Source of the DNA: Planctomycetota bacterium
GTDB lineage: Bacteria > Planctomycetota > UBA1135 > UBA2386
Assembly: GCA_965228735.1 (NCBI GenBank)
Contig: OZ245838.1
Location: forward strand, 3,808,001 to 3,872,000
Direction: 5' to 3'
DNA: 64,000 bases
Shown here piece by piece: positions 59,791 through 64,000 of this stretch. Made by a program: the position numbers and the translations under genes. Positions within the stretch are counted from its first letter, which is position 1. Every line of letters begins with the position of its first letter. Under the pieces are notes generated by a model, which did no database searches, was not told the DNA's origin, and saw nothing but the letters and a program-made list of their open reading frames with translations.

Positions 59791-61152
59791 CTACTTGCCG
59801 TCGCCGCGCGGCCGCAGCATCTCCTGCAGTTCTCCGAGCTGCCGCTCGATGCGCCCCAACCGCGCCTCGACCGCGCTGCCGGCCGAGCTCGCCGACGAGG
59901 CGCTCTCGCCAGCGGGCTGGATCCGATCGAAATCGCGGTTGACCAGATAGCCGGGCGGCGCCTTCTGCCACGGCTGTCCCTTGCGCATCTGATCACGGCC
60001 CTGCCGGAACAGCTCGAGGGTGTCGTCGGAAGTGAAGTCGTTGACGTCGAGCTCGTTGCCGTAGTCCATCGTGACGAAGCGGAACTCGGCACCCCATGCG
60101 CGACAGAGCATGTAGAGGTGGAGCACGTGCTCCGTGATCATCGTGTAGCTCATCATCGTGACCGTGCGGGTCGCGATGTTGAGCGTGTCGCGCTGGACAT
60201 CCACGGATTGCGGCCGCAGCGAACCGTTGTGGACCACGTACATCGTTGCGTCGACCGCATCCCAGTCGAGTCCGGCGCGATCCGCCGACCGGTAACCGTC
60301 GAAGATGTTCTGCGGCATGAAGAGCGGCCGGATGACCGCGCCGTCGACGTGCAGTTCGTCCTTGTTGCCCGCGTGCTCGAAGCGAACGGGCGGATAGACG
60401 ACGGGAATCGCCGCCGATGCCGTGAGCACGTCCCGGAACAGCTCGAGCGCAGCCTCGCCGCCGACCGTCGCGATCGCTCCCAGATCCCAGACGACGAAGT
60501 GGCCCAGATCGAGGTTCGTGGTTCCGACGTAGAGGCGTCGCCCCTGCGCGTGGCGAGCCGCGACGGCCGCGAGCAGATCCTCGTCGACCGCTGCCGCGAT
60601 CGAATCGCGCAGCGGCCGGTTGTCGAGCAACGATTCGTCGAACAGGACCGAACTGATGAGGCCCTTCTCCCGATGCATGTCCTCGGGATCGATGCGCGCG
60701 AACAGCGCCTGCAGTCGCGCGTCGAACTCGCGTCCGGCGAACGCGAATGGCGCCATCAGCGCGCCGACACTCACCCCGGTGACGATCCAGAAGTCGGGCC
60801 GCCCGCCCTCCAGGAGTCGGCTCCACTCCGTGAGGATCCCGGCTCCGAAGGCGCCGTTGACCCCACCCGAACTGAGCACCAGCATGTCGAACTCACGCCG
60901 GCCCGCAGAGTCGGCCGGGACCTTCACGAACTCGGCGACGGTGACGTCGAACGCGGTCTGGAAGTGCTCGTTGCGGAACCCGTCGACCGCGCGAACGTGC
61001 TCGAACCCGGGCAACGGCGCGAGTTCGTCACCAACGGCTTCCTTCGCCTGCCGGACCGGCCACGAACAGGCCGTCAACACGGCGACGGCCATCAGCCCGC
61101 GAGGCCGCCAGGGTCGCCGCGGGCGCGCAGCTTCGAGTCTTGTTCGAGACAT
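59791..61152 (-). CDS. Patatin-like phospholipase, lipoprotein (paralogue of 42965..44278)
   Basis: LSSGGVNGAFGAG, TGVSVG, ASAAIP, HVDGA; LTAC lipobox; start 61152 is approximate. Confidence 0.9.
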   Translation of the reverse strand: MSRTRLEAARPRRPWRPRGLMAVAVLTACSWPVRQAKEAVGDELAPLPGFEHVRAVDGFRNEHFQTAFDVTVAEFVKVPADSAGRREFDMLVLSSGGVNGAFGAGILTEWSRLLEGGRPDFWIVTGVSVGALMAPFAFAGREFDARLQALFARIDPEDMHREKGLISSVLFDESLLDNRPLRDSIAAAVDEDLLAAVAARHAQGRRLYVGTTNLDLGHFVVWDLGAIATVGGEAALELFRDVLTASAAIPVVYPPVRFEHAGNKDELHVDGAVIRPLFMPQNIFDGYRSADRAGLDWDAVDATMYVVHNGSLRPQSVDVQRDTLNIATRTVTMMSYTMITEHVLHLYMLCRAWGAEFRFVTMDYGNELDVNDFTSDDTLELFRQGRDQMRKGQPWQKAPPGYLVNRDFDRIQPAGESASSASSAGSAVEARLGRIERQLGELQEMLRPRGDGK

Positions 61153-61196
61153 GAGATCGGAGTAGGCCCTCGGCAGACGCGATTCACGCAGCGCGA

Positions 61197-61604
61197 TCAG
61201 TCGGCCCGTCCGCGTTCCCCGCGGACGGCCGCCACCTCGTAGGTCGTGATCTCCAACCCGTTGCCGTCCGGGTCGTCGAAGTAGAGCGAGAACGCGAGGT
61301 CGTGGTCCTTGATGCGACACGCGACGTCGCGCGCGGCGAGGTGATCGCGGAACGCAAGGAACTCGGCCGCCGTCGCGCCGAACGCGACCGTGTGCGTCGT
61401 CCGTCCCGGCGCCCGAAAGAGCGCGATGTGCGCCTTGCCACCGGCGTCCTGCAGCGTCAGCGGCCCGTTTTCGTCCGCGGCCCACGCCTCGGTCCCCGGC
61501 ACCGGGACGAAGCCGAGGATCTCGCCATACCACCGCGCCGCGGCCGCACGATCGCGGACGTAGACGTGGACGTGGTCGATGCCGCCGCTGAGTGCCGGAG
61601 CCAT
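61197..61604 (-). CDS. VOC/glyoxalase family protein
   Basis: GIDHVHVYVRD...WYGEILGF...SLYFDDPDGNGLEITTY. Confidence 0.88.
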   Translation of the reverse strand: MAPALSGGIDHVHVYVRDRAAAARWYGEILGFVPVPGTEAWAADENGPLTLQDAGGKAHIALFRAPGRTTHTVAFGATAAEFLAFRDHLAARDVACRIKDHDLAFSLYFDDPDGNGLEITTYEVAAVRGERGRAD

Positions 61605-61747
61605 GCCCCGATCTTCCCATGATTCGTACCAAAATGGTGGCACAGCCGGCAAATCACCAACGTGGTCACCCGCAGTCGCGTGAGGGCGGCAAGATGTCCG
61701 ACCCGCTCGCGCGTGCGAGCGCCCCTCCCTCCCAACCGACGAGCTCG

Positions 61748-64000
61748 ATGACGCCCCATAGCATTCTCCGCGGCAGTCTCCGTTCCACTCTCACGTTCGC
61801 GGTCACCGCGGCCCTCGTGCCGCTCGCGATCACGACCCCGCTGCTGGCCCAGGCCGATGCGAGCAGCAGCAAGCGCGCGGTCACGCACGACGACTACGAC
61901 AGCTGGCCGGCGCTGCGCGGCACGACCTACAGCAAGGACGGCAAGTGGATGTCGTTCGCCATCAACCCGCGCGTCGGCGATGGGACGATGCACATCCGGA
62001 GCGTCGACGGGGACCAGGAGTTCTCGTTCGACCGCGGGCAGCGCGTGCAGTTCACCAACGACAGCAAGCACGCGATGTTCAAGGTCGGCAAGTCGTACGC
62101 CGAGGAGCGCCGCCGCAAGCTCGAGAAGCTCTACAAGAAGAAGGAAGAGAAGAAGTCGGGCGGTGAAGAGGAAGAGGAGTCCGAAGGTCTGCCGCCGGAC
62201 ATCAAGGAGGCGCTCGCCGAGCGCGGCATGACCGAGCGCCAGGCGCTCCGCATGATCGAGCAGCGCGGCTCGACGATCGCCGAGGTCCGCGGCTTCCTGG
62301 GCCTGCCGGACCCCAAGGGCAAGAAGGGCGCGAGCAAGCCGCGCGGCAAGAGCGGCGGCAAGAGCGAAGCCGACAAGAAGTGGGAAGAGGAGAACAAGGC
62401 GCTGAGCAAGCGCCTGCACCTGCTCGACCTGAGCACCGGCGAGGTGACCAAGATCGAGAACCTCAAGTCACACCGCCAGCCGAAGGACTCCGACCTGCTC
62501 GTCCTGCACTTCGAGAAGCCCGAGGAGAAGAAGGACGACGAGAAGAAGGACGACGCCGAGAAGGGCGAGAAGAAGGCCGGTGAAAAGAAGGCCGGTGAGA
62601 AGACCGGCGAGAAGGCCGCAAAGGAAGCTGGGGAGAAGACCGGCGAGAAGACCGGCGAGAAGAAGGCCGAGGCCGCCGAAGAGAAGGCCAAGAAGAAGGC
62701 CGAGAAGAAGGACCCCAAGGAGAAGAAGCGCAGCGACGGCACGAAGCTCGTGATCCGCGACCTGGCCGGCAAGGCCAAGGACGTCGAGCTCGAGAACGTC
62801 CGCGCCTACGGCTTCCTCAACGACGGCGACTGGATGTGGTACACGATCGGCACCAAGAAGGAGACGAAGGGCGTCGAGCACGGCCTCTTCGCGCGCGAGC
62901 TCGCGACGGGCAAGACCGTCACGGTGCTCGGCGGCTACAGCAACGTCTCCGGCATGACGACGGATCGCGACGACGAGCGCCTCGCGTTCACGAGCGACCT
63001 GTCGACGTTCGGCGAGGACGAGACGGAGCGTGACATCTACGTCTGGGACTTCTCGGAGAAGCCCGCGCTCAAGATGGTCACCAACGCGACGGAGGGCATC
63101 CCGGAGGACTACGAGATCTCGTCCTCGGGCCTCGGTTTCTCGCGCGACGGCTCGCTCCTGACGTTCTCCGTGAAGCCGGAGGAGCAGAAGGACGAGCGGA
63201 AGATCCTCGACGAGGACAAGATCAAGCTCGACCTCTGGCACTGGCGTGACGGCATGCTGCAGACGATGCAGGCGAAGCGCGGCGACCCGTCGCGCACGTC
63301 GCTCTCGGCCGTGTTTCACCAGGACAGCAACCGCGCCACGGTCATCGGCACCGAGGACATGCCGCGCGCCTCGCTGATCACCGACGATGGCTCGCGTGCG
63401 CTCGCTTCGAACAGCAAGCCCTACGAGATGATGGTCACGTGGGACGGGCGCTACAGCGACTACTACATCGTCAACACGATCGATGGCAGCCGCACGAAGA
63501 TCATCGAAGGCCTGCGCGGCAGCGCCCGCACCTCGACGGGCGGCAACTACGTCGTCTGGTTCGATCACCGTGACTACGACTGGCACGTCTACGACCTGGC
63601 CACGAAGGAGACGCGCAACCTGACGGCCGAGATCCCGGTCGCGTTCGACCGCGAGATCGACGACCGCCCCGAGCCGCACCGGGCGCACGGCTCCGCCGGC
63701 TGGACCGAGGGCGACCGTGAGGTCCTGCTCTACGACGAGTTCGACATCTGGGCCGTCAACGCGAAGACCGGCGCCTACCGCTGCGTCACCGACGGCCTCG
63801 GCCGCGCGACGAACGTGACGTTCCGCAGCTCCGGCCTCGACCTGCGCCCGGACGCCGTGCGCGACGCCGAGGAGGAGAAGGACGACGACGACGACCGCTT
63901 CGTCAGCGGCACGCTGGTCCTGACCGCGAGCGACAAGGACACGTACGCGTCGGGCTACTGGGTCGACTCCGTCGACAAGATCCAGAAGCCGAAGAAGCTC
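61748..64000 (+). CDS. S9 family (prolyl oligopeptidase-like) peptidase, N-terminal propeller part (partial)
   Basis: Not in the ORF track. Manual translation from ATG 61748 gives a signal peptide, VTHDDYDSW, SKDGKW, KLDLWHWRDGMLQTMQ, GWTEGDREVLLYDEFDIW; the frame is open to the window end and the catalytic domain is not visible. Confidence 0.75.
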   Translation, partial: MTPHSILRGSLRSTLTFAVTAALVPLAITTPLLAQADASSSKRAVTHDDYDSWPALRGTTYSKDGKWMSFAINPRVGDGTMHIRSVDGDQEFSFDRGQRVQFTNDSKHAMFKVGKSYAEERRRKLEKLYKKKEEKKSGGEEEEESEGLPPDIKEALAERGMTERQALRMIEQRGSTIAEVRGFLGLPDPKGKKGASKPRGKSGGKSEADKKWEEENKALSKRLHLLDLSTGEVTKIENLKSHRQPKDSDLLVLHFEKPEEKKDDEKKDDAEKGEKKAGEKKAGEKTGEKAAKEAGEKTGEKTGEKKAEAAEEKAKKKAEKKDPKEKKRSDGTKLVIRDLAGKAKDVELENVRAYGFLNDGDWMWYTIGTKKETKGVEHGLFARELATGKTVTVLGGYSNVSGMTTDRDDERLAFTSDLSTFGEDETERDIYVWDFSEKPALKMVTNATEGIPEDYEISSSGLGFSRDGSLLTFSVKPEEQKDERKILDEDKIKLDLWHWRDGMLQTMQAKRGDPSRTSLSAVFHQDSNRATVIGTEDMPRASLITDDGSRALASNSKPYEMMVTWDGRYSDYYIVNTIDGSRTKIIEGLRGSARTSTGGNYVVWFDHRDYDWHVYDLATKETRNLTAEIPVAFDREIDDRPEPHRAHGSAGWTEGDREVLLYDEFDIWAVNAKTGAYRCVTDGLGRATNVTFRSSGLDLRPDAVRDAEEEKDDDDDRFVSGTLVLTASDKDTYASGYWVDSVDKIQKPKKL

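Overview
High-GC (roughly 70% by eye) bacterial chromosome segment with about 55 intact genes and one tRNA-Arg(CCT). A Planctomycetota origin is inferred, not proven, from three Cys-type sulfatases, PQQ-like beta-propellers, an ECF/anti-sigma pair, a BlaI/M56 pair and many exported proteins. Recognisable genes include hinT, sppA, trxA, an ATP-dependent DNA ligase, an MNT-HEPN toxin-antitoxin pair, phhA, furA-katG, a 12-haem cytochrome c, two paralogous patatin lipoproteins, several oxidoreductase/regulator modules and a partial S9 peptidase. The ~12 kb downstream of the tRNA (20.6-32.4 kb) looks like a decaying accessory region containing gene stubs, deletion chimeras and a frameshift. I found no integrase and no att repeat there. 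The strongest signals not explained by the gene list are five. (1) Every predicted non-lipoprotein signal peptide I found is followed by Gln, resembling the Bacteroidetes Q-rule. (2) Two unrelated secreted proteins share a C-terminal domain ending Q-x3-LD-x-S-x-P-x-G-[VI]-A-x-SNA-x6/7, a candidate sorting signal. (3) Many genes have TAnnnT 6-7 nt before the start codon, suggesting leaderless mRNAs. (4) A triple 21-bp-phased BlaI operator controls an M56 protease with a 655-aa charged coiled-coil sensor region. (5) The dodecahaem cytochrome appears anchored at both ends. All family calls come from motif recognition by eye, with no database searches.
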